From contig MQRK01196814.1 in assembly GCA_001938485.1 (NCBI GenBank), positions 72,367 through 130,540 on the forward strand: 58,174 nt of DNA, in the 5' to 3' direction. Under the pieces are notes generated by a model, which was given only the letters and a program-made list of their open reading frames with translations, was not told where the DNA came from and ran no database searches. The translations under genes were made by a program, and so were the position numbers. The DNA comes from Girardia tigrina. Lineage: Eukaryota. Positions 1 to 11,948 of this stretch are shown here, one piece after another; position 1 is the first letter of the stretch; each line of letters opens with the position of its first letter.

Positions 1-29
1 ATTTAAAAAACCATTTCTGGATGATGTAA

Positions 30-230
30 TTTCGGATTATTGAATCAAATTTGACTTGAGACTTTCGAAAATTTTATTAAAAAGAGCTTTCCGATTGCGG
101 ATTATGAAGTTTCGGTTTAGTGAATCAATTTTGGCTAAAAACTTTTGAAAATTGGCCAGATATATTTTTTATTTTTCGGATTATGAAGTTTCCGGATTAT
201 TGAGGTTCGGATTAATGGGGGTTGACTGTA
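30..230. mobile_element. One end of a pogo/Tigger-like MITE
   Basis: Repeated subterminal (tt)cggattat units ending in gggggttgactg followed by TA. Confidence 0.55.
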
Positions 231-432
231 TATATATATTAATGAGTCTAATAAACGCTGATTTAATATTGTTAAAAATTAATTTTGTTAAAGCTTTTTT
301 AATAAATCGATTACAGTACTGTTTCGGAATATTCTCCATCATCATCAATTATATATATATATATATACGATGAGGGTGAAAGAATTTCTTTAATCATTTA
401 ATTTATACGATCTCAATAAATTTAAATAGTAC

Positions 433-504
433 ATGGCCCAGCACGCAATGGAACCTAGCTCCTTGAAAGACTTATACTGCGTCCCTCTACTACCACCGAC
501 CGGT
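433..504 (-). mobile_element. Degenerate tRNA-like SINE head
   Basis: Minus strand GGTCGGTGGTAGTAGAGG (A-box-like) and GGTTCCATTGC (B-box-like) at tRNA-like spacing in a GC island. Confidence 0.3.
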
Positions 505-1939
505 CTTCATTGTCAAATTATAACGACTTGAATTTATTGTAATCATGCTTACACATTTCGTGCGTGACATTCTAATAAAATGGTCATCGAACAATATTTA
601 AAAAATATAAATAAGAAAACAGAAAATTTAAAACAAACAAAAGTTGTTGGGAGCGTTCATAAAATATAAAATTTTTGAATCTTATAAAATTATTAAATAT
701 ACAATTACATTTCGTAAAATATTGTTATAAATATGTTACAATAAGATTTTCAGAAAGTTAATGTAAAAAATTAATTTAAGTAAGAAATAAAATAAATTTT
801 ATGGTAGGGTTATTAAAAGATTTATGTAAAGATTTATTATAAAGTAAAAAAAGTTAATTTCAAATTTGATGAAAAAATTTATTTGAAATAAAATACAAAG
901 TAATTTAAGTTTGATATTTTATTTACGAAATAAAAGTAAACTAAACCATTTTGATTACTTTTAAATCAAAGTAAATTAAAAATGTGGTTATAATTTTCTT
1001 TTGGAAAATGTAATTATAATTTTATTTTTGGAAATTAAAATTGGAATTAAAAATTAATTGCAAAACCATTAAATCGACTTAAATGAAAAATGCGATTTTA
1101 ATTTTATTTTTTGGAAAATGTAATTGAGAAACAGGTAAATTTAAATGTACCATCAAATTGAAAAATTAATAAAAGACGCAACCAAATCTTTGTGACAAAA
1201 TTTTAATTCACTATAATTTTTTATTAAAAAGAATATAGAATTTTAATTTGTAAAAAATATATTAACCATATTTTTATTTATATCTATTTTTATTTATATT
1301 GGTTGTGTAAAAAAGAAAGTACAAAAGTTTCTCAAAAATATTTGTTTAAAAAATTCAAATTGTTATAGAAATAAATTTTTGTGTTCATGATAATGTCTTT
1401 TGAGCAAGAACCCAATAAAAGTCAACAAGAAATTCATTCTAATTAAAAAAAGTAACCAAAGTGTTTACCTTTTTAACAACATTTGTATTTAATTATAAAA
1501 TTCTTGTAGTTTGGTTTTATATTTTTAATTATCTGAGAGTAAAATCAAAATTAAAATCTACTAAAAAGTTTGCTCTATTCAACTTGTAATCTCTGAAGAT
1601 TTACTTATCGTCATATAATTTAATCAATTAATTAATTGATTTTACAATTTTTTCTTTTCGTTTTTATTTTTCTTTTTTCGTTGTTGTTTTTGTCTTTCCG
1701 TAGTTCATTTTTGAATGAAACTATTTTTATATTTTTACATGAAAATCAGAATTATTTCATACCGATAAAATGAAATTTATAAGTTATGTAGTTTTTAATT
1801 TTTATATTTTTATTTACATTCTTACAATATAATAGAAAATGTACTATTAAAATGAAAGCAAGAAGAACTAATTTTGGTTTAGGACGAATATAAAATCTTG
1901 ATATTAAAAAAATAATTTAGCACGCGCAGAATATCAACA

Positions 1940-2460
1940 GACTAAAACGAGACTGACACAAAAAGAAAGAATTAAATAACACTAGAAGAACCTTTCGAAC
2001 AAATAAACACAGAAGTTTGAGGACCATAGCGAGACAAATTTCTAAAGGAGAATAAATACGACTAGATATACTAATAAAAAACGATATTAACGAAATTAAA
2101 ATTGAAATTCTGAGCTCCAAAAGAAATTTAAGAGGACTTTTGAAACAATTCTGAAGTTCGAATGATGAACAATATTATATAAGCTAAGAGAAAACAGTTG
2201 AAATTCTGAAGACCATTCCATCATAACTCCAACGGAAAAGTTGAATGGGTAAGCAAGAAACAGAATAGCTGGGTCGAGATTTTACCAGATGTGGGACTTA
2301 AGATAAATGCAACGCCCCAGAAATCAATCTGTAGAAGTTTTGTTCTGAATGAAGATAGAAAGATAAAAGTAGTACATTGTGAATACATCTAAGAGGAAAA
2401 ACTCGACCAGTAGTTCGCAGAACACGATTAGACAAAGTGAAGGATAAACAATGACATGAA
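1940..2460 (+). mobile_element. Decayed Gypsy integrase fragment
   Basis: Broken frames give EEPFEQINTEV*GP..SKGE and SWVEILPDVGLKINATPQKS, both integrase-core-like. Confidence 0.55.
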
Positions 2461-2803
2461 TAAAAAGAAATAATTAAATAATATTTCTTATAAGAAAATT
2501 ATAAAAAAGATCTCTTCTGTGAGAATATTTCTCACCTGGAACGAATTTTTAATTTTTTTAATACCTAATAATCAATAAAAAATGGAACAAAAATTTCAGG
2601 TTATGCTTGATTTGGGAAGGCATTGTCGTTTAATATTAAATGAAACAAAATAAAACAATATAAAACTAATTTTTTATCCAATTTTATAAAGTATCTTTTA
2701 AAATAAAAATGTACCTTTCAATCAATAAACACAAACTTTTGTTCATTATTTTTTTTTACATAAGGTGAAATATTGAATGTATCTATTATTATTTTCTATT
2801 CAG

Positions 2804-2930
2804 GAATTATCAGTTCTTTTTTGGTTTTTCACAGAATATTGTTTGAGATTATGGAGTGCCGGATGTCGATCAAGGTATCAAACATGGAGGGGTCGATTAT
2901 TATTTGCCCGGCAACCGTTTTGTCTTGTAG
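2804..2930 (+). CDS. KCNQ: KCNQ/Kv7 channel exon (S2, S2-S3 linker)
   Basis: cag|...|gttagt boundaries; translates ELSVLFWFFTEYCLRLWSAGCRSRYQTWRGRLLFARQPFCLV(D), with the KCNQ RLWSAGC motif; 127 bp. Confidence 0.95.
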
Positions 2931-2982
2931 GTTAGTTGAATTGGGTTTTGCAATCAAACGATGATTACTTTACCCCATTTAG

Positions 2983-3158
2983 ATCTTGTTGTTATTCTTG
3001 CCAGCATAATAGTATTAGCATATGGAAGTGATCGTCAAATGTTTGCAGCGAGTGCTCTTCGGGGTCTCAGGTTCTTTCAAATACTCAGAATGATCCGTAT
3101 GGATCGTAGAGGTGGTTCATGGAAGTTGTTAGCCTCGGTGGTCTGGGCTCATAGACAG
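2983..3158 (+). CDS. KCNQ: KCNQ/Kv7 channel exon (S3, S4 voltage sensor, S4-S5 linker)
   Basis: Follows a 52-bp GT-AG intron; [59 protein letters not shown]; donor gtaact. Confidence 0.97.
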
Positions 3159-3922
3159 GTAACTGATCGTGTTTTCTGTAATTCTTTAGTGATAAATTAT
3201 ATAAAAAATAATTATTTTTTTATATTAATTATAACGTCATTATTTGTACGCCCGAAAGAACATGGAAAGGATGATTTCAATCGAACTTCCAATTAATGTC
3301 AAAATAAGGATCAAAGTAATTATAGTGTTAAGTGATCCGAACTAATTAATAATTTTATCAGATTTTTTTAATTTCCATTTTAGTCAGATGTATGAATTGT
3401 TGAATAAAAACTAATTGCGTTAATTATGTACGATTTTTTTAAAATATATATTACATTATTATTTTAAAAAAAGTGTAATTTAAATTTTATATTGTTTTTA
3501 CCCATTGTATTCACCAATAAATATAAAGATTTTTAAAACATTTCGACTGAAATATTCTAAATTATTCCATTTAATAACTTGTCCCCTATTCAAAATTATC
3601 TTATACAAAACTCTGTAAAGTTGTCTTATCTTCTCAATCAAATCATCAACATCCTTGCCAAAGTAATTTCGACCTCATTAGGTACTCTCTTGTTACACTA
3701 TTTCTTGAGGCTTCTCTTCTCAGTAACCTTATTTGTAAAAAAAGAAACAAATAATTATATTGCATTAAAATTTGATTGATATTTTTTAACCCTTTAAAAT
3801 AATATAGTCAGATCCATTAACATTTAATTCTTAGATATATTAACTATTGTTACAATATATTATGTTTTATATTATTAGAAAATAACTTCAAATTGTAGAG
3901 GATTCGTAAAAATTGTTCAAAA

Positions 3923-5346
3923 TATTAAGGTGAACCAAAAGTCTTTTCGTATTTCCTACGTCTTTTTGTTCAATTGTTTCTTAATACCAAATAAAGATAT
4001 TTTATATACATGTGTTATATGTTTTTAAAGCTCTTGAACTGCTCTATCACAATATATATATTAAAATTATTCTAATTAGTCGTTAATATAATTTTTATGG
4101 TCTTTTAGAAAAATCATGGAAAATTTTGAAATTTTTGAAATAGTTTTCCCTATATCCCATTTACCAGCCATAAATATATTTTTGTATTTTTCGACGCACT
4201 TATATAAAGTTGTATTATTCTTCAGATTTAATTTCTCTATTGCCTTGTGCATTCTATGTTTCTCATTATATTGAAATTTACCCACATATGGGTCTAATGC
4301 ACATGTTCTTTCACGCCATTACTGGAAACAGGGCTTAAACGCAACTGCAGCAACAAAGAAGATATGCGAAGTTGAAGGCGATAATGTGGTTTCAAATCGT
4401 ACTTCACAAAATTGGTTCAAAAGATTCAACGAAGGCGACATTGACCTCGGAGACAATGCACGTTCAGGCCGACCTATCACCGTAGATTCCGGAGCAATTC
4501 GTGAAGCCGTCGAGACAAATCCGTCAATAAGTACTTGCAGATTATCGGCCAAACTCGATATTCCTTAAACATCCATTTTACGACACCTTCACGCTCTTGG
4601 CAAGGTCAATAGACGATGTTGAGAAGTGCCTCATGAATTGACACAAATTCAAGCCGAAAAGCGTTTCGAAACTTGAAAAAAATTGCTTGAAAATCCACGC
4701 GATGACCATTCCATCCGTCGAATTGTAACTTGTGCTGAAAAGTGTGTTTACTTCAGTAATCCAGACCAAAAAAATCAATGGTTGGACCCCGGAAAAATGG
4801 CAAAACCGGTAGCAAAACGAGATCATTTCTCAAGGAAGGCACTTTTGTGTGTTTGGTGGAATTTCGAAGGCGTGATTCACTTCTAGCTGGTTCCAAACTT
4901 GATCGAATGTATGCGGCACTTGGCGAGAAATACCCAGCTTTGATTAATCTAAATCAAGTTCTTCTACAACAGGACAATGCAAAACCGTACACTGCCAATC
5001 AAACAAAGGAAAAAATCAAAAATCTCGACACATTTGAACTTCTTCCACACCCAGCGTATAGTCCGGATCTTGCGCCATCCGACTATCACCTTTCTCGCTC
5101 TATGGCACACTTTCTTCGTGGTCGCAGCTTCAATAATCTGGCCGAGATCGAAAACGGGTGTCACCAGTTCTTCGCTTCTAAGGACAAGGATTGGTACCGT
5201 AGCGGGATCGCAAAACTTGCCCATAAATTGGTTCAAACTATAGATTCAAATGGCCTTTATTTTGAAACTTAAATGTTTTTTATTTGTTGTAAAATTATGT
5301 TTAAATTCTTAATAAAAATACGAAAGACTTTTGATTCATCCTAATA
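3923..5346 (+). mobile_element. mariner transposon, full length, inactive
   Basis: ~30-bp TIRs (ttaaggtgaaccaaaagtcttttcgtattt / aaatacgaaagacttttgattcatcctaa) with TA at both ends; WFKRF..RSGRP, VPHEL, QDNA..HPAYSPDLAPSDY; stops and frameshifts. Confidence 0.95.
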
Positions 5347-5669
5347 GAATAAAAATGTTTTTGGACTAGAAAATAATTAATATTAGATGAAAATTTGAAT
5401 AAGATGACATCTATGGTAAATGTCAATATATACATATGCATATATACATACGTTATAATAAAAAATTACTAAATTATTTTTTTTAATGTTAAAATATTAG
5501 AAAAAGTATTAACAGTGCAATAAAAATTGTTAGGATTTTGTTCTCACGCAAATTTTTGAATGTTATAATTAAAAATTATAAATTTATAAAATTTTAAAAT
5601 TGTAAACCTGTAAAATTTTGAAATCGTAAATTCGAAAATGGTGTAATTGTAACAATTAAATTAACTATT

Positions 5670-6734
5670 TTTAATGAAGTATTGAAGGATATTGGAACTA
5701 CACATGAACCTAGCCAGCGGTGTTTGTTTATTGATAACTAAAGTTTATTGATAACCAACCATCGATTCCTGTCTCTGCATTTCAAAGAAAAATATGACAA
5801 CGTTAAGCGTTCACAGTTGAAGATCAATTATGATGACTATAAATTGGATTTACGTGAATATCTTAAGATTTTGGGGTTTCTACTTGGACTCCAGAGAGGT
5901 TTTACATTCTTGTTTCCTGCCTCTTTGAAATAGTAGAGATACCACACATCACTACATTGTAAAGCATTGTTCAACTAGATACGAATAAGAAATACAATAC
6001 TCTTATTCCTGTCCACTAAATTATTCTTCCTCCACTACATATTAAACTGGGAATAATAAAACAGTTCGTCACAGTATTAAATCATAACGGAGATCAAGTC
6101 AATGTTTCCTAAACTTTCTGATACTAAGGCGGAGGTCTGTGTATTTATTATTCCACAGGCCAAGAAAATGTTTACATTAGAAACTCCGCTAGTAAAAATG
6201 ACATGAACAGAAAGAAGAGCATGGATTACATTTAGAAATGTTGTTTATATTTTTCTGGACAACTAAAGATCCTAAACTACAATGATCTTGTGAAAGAAGA
6301 AACCAAGTGTTGGATTATATAATGAACCTCAAACTCAAATATCTACACTTACATTTTGATTTCTTTTCAGAAAATCTAGTTGTTGTTAGTGAGAAACATA
6401 ATGATAGGTTGATTATGAGATCTCCACCAGTGAAAGGGGTGAGATAGTTTGTTTATCCCCTCGACCCGAAGATTCCCCACTCACACCATGGCGGTGCAGC
6501 CGCGCTGCGCACGCTCGCTTATCAGTTTCATATTATGGCATAACAAAACGTTATTTTTAGAGTAATATGATGTATATTATTCTTGTATATGATGTAAACT
6601 TTTGTAATTAGGTTTTATTATAGAAATCTATACATAAGTGAAAACTAATGTTCAGATGCAGAATCTCAAAATTTACATAGAATATATTTTTAAAATCCAA
6701 AAAGATTTCCTGAAAAATATTTTTTTAGGAAGTG
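5670..6734 (+). mobile_element. Decayed Chapaev3-like (CMC) DNA transposon, 3' part
   Basis: LFID, LLGLQRGFT, PPLHIKLG, FPKLS, RAW..F, HFDFFSENL..VSE motifs; terminus ...ttttttaggaagtg; family assignment from recall. Confidence 0.65.
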
Positions 6735-8600
6735 AAATAATCTTACTAAATGTATTTTTAAGTTATTTAAATTGATTTTTTGTACTTTTACTATGTTGAA
6801 TGTAGTTTTTTATGTACTATTTTATGTAGTTTTAAAAAAAATAATAAAAATATTATAGAATGATAAAGATTAAACTTTCGCAATGTATTCGAAAATAGAG
6901 CAACGGAAAATGTTGAAGCAATAAAATATATATTTTTCTTACGATTTGTATTCGGTAAAATGATTCCGTGTTTCAAAGATCAAAAATAATTATAATTGAA
7001 ATTTTAATTTGGTTAAATCCAAATAAATCTGAATTCGTTAACAGTGATAATCGTGTGGGTCTCCATTTTATATGTCAGATAATATAAATAAAATACATTG
7101 ATTTTTAAAAATGTTCACGGATTTTATCTTGTTGCAAATGTATATAATCAGTTTTTTTCTGACAGAAGCTCATTCGTTTTCATACGATACTCGTTTCGGT
7201 TTTTGTCGCACCATATTCCATGCCAACAGTCGCCATTTGTTTGTTTATTCCAAACATTTATCATTTAATAACTGAATTAGGAGAAATATTTCTTTTGATA
7301 TATTTTTAAAATATTTTCAACTGAAACATCATTTTTTTTCTCTTTTGACATTTCTATTTTTTCGATTTGTGAAAATTTATTCGTTTTCTTTACATTTGTC
7401 TTTTCTTTTTCTTTGATTTGACCCTTGGAAACATTAACCTTTGATGGAATGATTCATGGTGGTCCCGGTTTAAAAATCTTGTAAATCCATTGGTGTCGCT
7501 CTGCGCATCCAATCAATAATTTTAGTCCTCAAGAGGAATTTTTCTCGTTCTCTTTCTTTGGAATACATAAGGGAATTCTGTACTGATGATAACGAACATG
7601 AATTCTTGAAAATCCGGGAATATTCCCGAAGATTATTAATTAATTTCTTATTATCCGTATCATTNNNNNNNNNNNNNNNNNNNNNNNNNNNNNNNNNNNN
7701 NNNNNNNNGTGATATAAAACTGATGAATAGTTTCTTATTATAAGATTTATTATTGATAATTCGCGCTTTATCAACTTCTTTGGAGATCGATTCAAAATTA
7801 TCCGATTTAACGGATTCATTGTTCATTAATTCAGTTTTACCACAAATCATTCAAATTCAACGAAATCGGAAACTATATATTTAAAAAACTTGTGCGGTGA
7901 TTCCGCTATTATTTAAACAAACAACTTTTTACATTATATAAATTATTTATACACATATATACACACACACACATATATATATATATATACAAATTATATT
8001 TACATTTTTATTTCCTTCATACCAAAAAATTATGTTTTCTTGAAAGTATTTACACTAGAAATTTAAATTTTGATTTTACTTAAATTTTTAACGTAACTAA
8101 AATTTCTAATTAATTTATTTAATTACTTTATTTAATTTCTTTTTAAAAAAACATGTTTCTTTAATTAATTCTGCTTAAGTTCGATCAAGATGTAAATTAT
8201 TTCAACCATCCATCGAAAATAGTTATTTTGTTACAAAAATTAATAAAGACTGAATTACATGTTACTGAATTTCAAAGTTAACAAATATATAATCTTCCTT
8301 TTGTAAGAAAAATATAATTTTTCTTGGAACTTTCGCCTTAGTATACCTTAAAATATGAAAGATTCTACTTCAATATTGGTTGATATTTCAGTGTACCAAA
8401 AGTATTAAATTATTTATAAGAGATGAAAAGAATAAGTATCCTTGTTTTCATTCTGAAATGTGAATAGATCAATATTGATGAAATAAATAATAAAATATTA
8501 ATGTTAATAAGTATGTATGACCACAATATACCATGTTATACTAATATTTATTTCAAATATTAAATGTACATCGCGTAATTATTATTAAAAGTAAACAAAA

Positions 8601-9040
8601 CAATGGCCGCAGTTTGGTGCGTCGGATTTCGTCCGATTTCCGAAGTCAAGCAACCAATGACCGCGTTAGTACTTATATGGGTGACCGATAGGGAAATCGC
8701 GGAGCCATTGACTACAGGTCAGGTCAGGCAATCTGTCTGCTACAGGTACCATGTAAACCTGTAATACATGTCCCATGGTCGAATAGTTGGCGACTAAACC
8801 GGCTGCCTCACCCAGAGCAACCTGGGTGAAGAGATGCGTGGACACCTAGCACAATGAAAAACAAAACCTAGTAAAGGGTGGATGAGCTCCTTGGAGCCAA
8901 CGGCCCTCAATACCTGTAGAAGAGATGCGCCACCAGGTTCCTTGCCTACTGAGACACTCAAATATATATGCAAACCCAAGCCATATGCTTGTGCACAACT
9001 GAGTGCACCCAGGGCCCAAAGGCTACGGTACCAAAAAAAA
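8601..9040 (+). mobile_element. 5S rRNA-derived SINE (SINE3-type): 5S head 8601-8712, body, A-tail
   Basis: Head matches 5S signature segments (gatttcgtccgatttccgaagtcaagca; gttagtacttatatgggtgaccg); no T4 terminator until after the A9 tail. Confidence 0.8.
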
Positions 9041-9157
9041 ACAAAACATATGATTAAAATAAAATTTATCTTTTTTCAACATGTGTTTCATTGTAAATAA
9101 TAATTTAACCTTACTTTACTAACTACCTTTATGTACTATTAGTAATACACAAAACAG

Positions 9158-9270
9158 GCGCCACCAGGTTACTTGCCTATTGAGACACTCAAAAGAAATA
9201 TATGCAAACTCAAGCAAAATGCTTGTGTATAATTAAGTGCACTCACGGCCCAATGGCTACGGTACAAAAA
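9158..9270 (+). repeat. 5'-truncated second copy of the SINE 3' tail
   Basis: Near-duplicate of 8927-9040 (gcgccaccaggtt...ggctacggtacaaaaa). Confidence 0.85.
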
Positions 9271-9913
9271 ATAATACCCCATAAGGTATATTAAAACGTG
9301 TTTATTGGGGATCTAGTTTATTTTCCTTTAGACTACTTCCATAATGTTTAAGTAGTATATTTTTTTAAAAAAAACTTTGTATACTAAAATCAAAATAAAT
9401 GCAAAGGCTTCAGATGTCTATGAAGTACGAATTGAAACTACAAAATATGGTGTACTATATGGAAAGATTCTACTGTATACCGAAAAATCTGACTTTAAGA
9501 GAACGGCGTTTTAAAGGTAAATAAGAAAATTCCTGAGCAAAATAAAGAGGACAAAAATTAGAGATTTAATAACAATCATCATTAACCAAAATAAATGAAT
9601 AATATAATGTCTTCCTATTTATCTTCGTAATTATGAAAGTTTTACTTGTTTCTTTTTCACATGATGTTCATGGGTTAATAATTTTATGATATAATTTATA
9701 AACTAATTATTATAAGTCTTTCACAAACTTTCAAACATAAATGAACGATTAATTTTTTATTTTATAAGTAACATTTTTATCATACCTCTCATCATTTTTT
9801 ATTAATTCATTTTACATTTTGTTACCTGTAAATGTTTTAATGCTTTTATAAGAGATGATAATAATATTAAACTAAAATAAATTACGAAATTTATTTATTT
9901 TATATTTACTTAG

Positions 9914-10039
9914 GAATTATTCACAACAATTTATATCGGATTTCTGGTTCTCGTTTTCAGTTCGTTTCTTATTTACCTCGCGGAGAAGGACGACAAGGAC
10001 AAAATCAAATCCTACGCGGATGCTTTATGGTGGGGAGTG
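9914..10039 (+). CDS. KCNQ: KCNQ/Kv7 channel exon (S5, pore helix)
   Basis: tag|...|gttagt; [42 protein letters not shown]; phase 0/0 fits the neighbouring exons. Confidence 0.96.
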
Positions 10040-10808
10040 GTTAGTTTAGTGTTCAATGTAGTCCGGTGTAAAATATTGTTTTAAAATAAATCTTTAATCC
10101 ATCATAAAATCAATTTATTGTTTTTGATAAAATAATTCATTTGAATTTCAATATTTACTTGGAATATTTTCTAAATATGTGATATGATATTTTTCAACAT
10201 TTTCGACAATTTTTTTGTCACCAATCACAATTAATACTAAATGAAATGTAAAGTAGATTACTTTTACGTTTATTAAAAAAAATTTTTGGACTAAAAATCT
10301 TCAAATATCAAACAACAATTAAATATATCTCCATTATAACACTGAACCTAACAAATGTCTATTAATCTTTTGACGATTTTATTAGTTATTGCTGTCGTTA
10401 TTACTATTTCTATTTAAAGTGCTTCAATGTATAACCATTAACTAAAAGGGTTCAATATTCTTTGGAAAACTCACACATTTGTTAAAACATTTATTACATG
10501 CACAATTTAGATCATCTGTATGACGATCCATAATAATGCCTTCGCTCATATCCATCAATTAATGTTTAATACTTCTCATTACAAAATCTGAGTTCATTTG
10601 AACATATATTTTATTTTAAATATTTATGTAAATGTTATTGATTAAAATAAAAGTATTATTAATAAATTAAAAAATTAATTTAATTTTTTTCCGAATTTAA
10701 CAAATAAATAATAAAATCAATTAAAACTTTTCAGTCATAATTAATTAAAAATTGAATATTAATTCGAATAAATTAGTTTCACATAATAATAATTAAAATA
10801 TTAATCAT

Positions 10809-10904
10809 CCATCTGATTAGGAGATGCACAATCCAAAAATCAACACACAACATTCAAACATTCAAACAACACACAAAACATCAATATGCAAAATATTCCT
10901 CACA
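10809..10904. other. Two-box motif, copy A
   Basis: ccatctgattaggaga ... aaatattcctcaca. Confidence 0.8.
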
Positions 10905-11948
10905 AATAGAATTTGACGCAGCGTTTTAATCATAACCAATATATTTAATCAAGCAATCAAAAGTAAGGAAAGCTTATATGCAAAAATCAAAAGTGTATCA
11001 AAAATCTTTAACTAACTTCATTAAATTTGATTTAAATATTTTTTTGTTTTTTATGCATTAATTTTATTCCAGATTGATAAAAAATACATTTTTAAATTTA
11101 ACAAAAAAGGCTTTAAAAATATAAAATGAAAATTATATATATATATATGTATATATTAAAAAACTTTAATATGATTAGATGAATCACCTTGCACGTTTAA
11201 GCATGGTTTATGATGCTTTATTAACAATCCTTCGGCAATAATCCTTTCATAATTTGTGTCAAAATTATTTAAAATCACTTTAAAATCTTTATTGTAATCC
11301 ATAAGATTACCTTTACATCTTTTAATATGTTAAATTTAAAAAAGCAAGATATTTGCATCTCTAGATTTGATAAAGGAAATGGAGTATACATTCAAAATAG
11401 ATCTGATTATTTAGAAAAAATGTACTTCATATTAAATACAGATAAATTTAATAAAATTTCTTGTAGAAAAAATTGTCTGCCAATCCCTTTAAAAGATGAA
11501 CAGACTTTAAATAAAATGATTAATAGACTAGTTAAAAGTAATGATATTAGTAATGAATTAAAAACGGTTTTATAGTACAAGGATCGCGACCTTCGAAACT
11601 TTATGTTCTACCTAAGATTCATAAAGAAGGTATTCCAATGCGACCTGTTTTGTCTATGATTGGTAGTGCACAATATCAATTTGCAAAAATTCTAGAGAGA
11701 TTATTAAAACCTTTGGTTAATAATCCTCTAGAATGTAAAGACAGTTTTGAATTTGTTAATCGAATTTTGAACTGGAATATTGAATCAGATCGTGAAGTGA
11801 TGGCTTCATTTGATATAGTAAATCTTTTCGCCAATATTCCATTGAATGAAACCATTAATTTATGCGTTAAATTATGGGATAATTTGGTAGAAGATAAAAC
11901 TAAGTCATTGAGTAGTAAAGCATTAAGAGAATTATTGGAATTCAGTAC

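Noticed and set aside
2590-2803. Upstream KCNQ S1 exon
   Set aside because: Splice-like sites exist but no frame resembles KCNQ S1
2961-3296. 111-aa ORF as a standalone gene
   Set aside because: It is a KCNQ exon plus intron read-through
8601-8712. Canonical 5S rRNA gene
   Set aside because: No oligo-T terminator, shortened 5' part, and it continues into a body with an A-tail whose end is duplicated nearby
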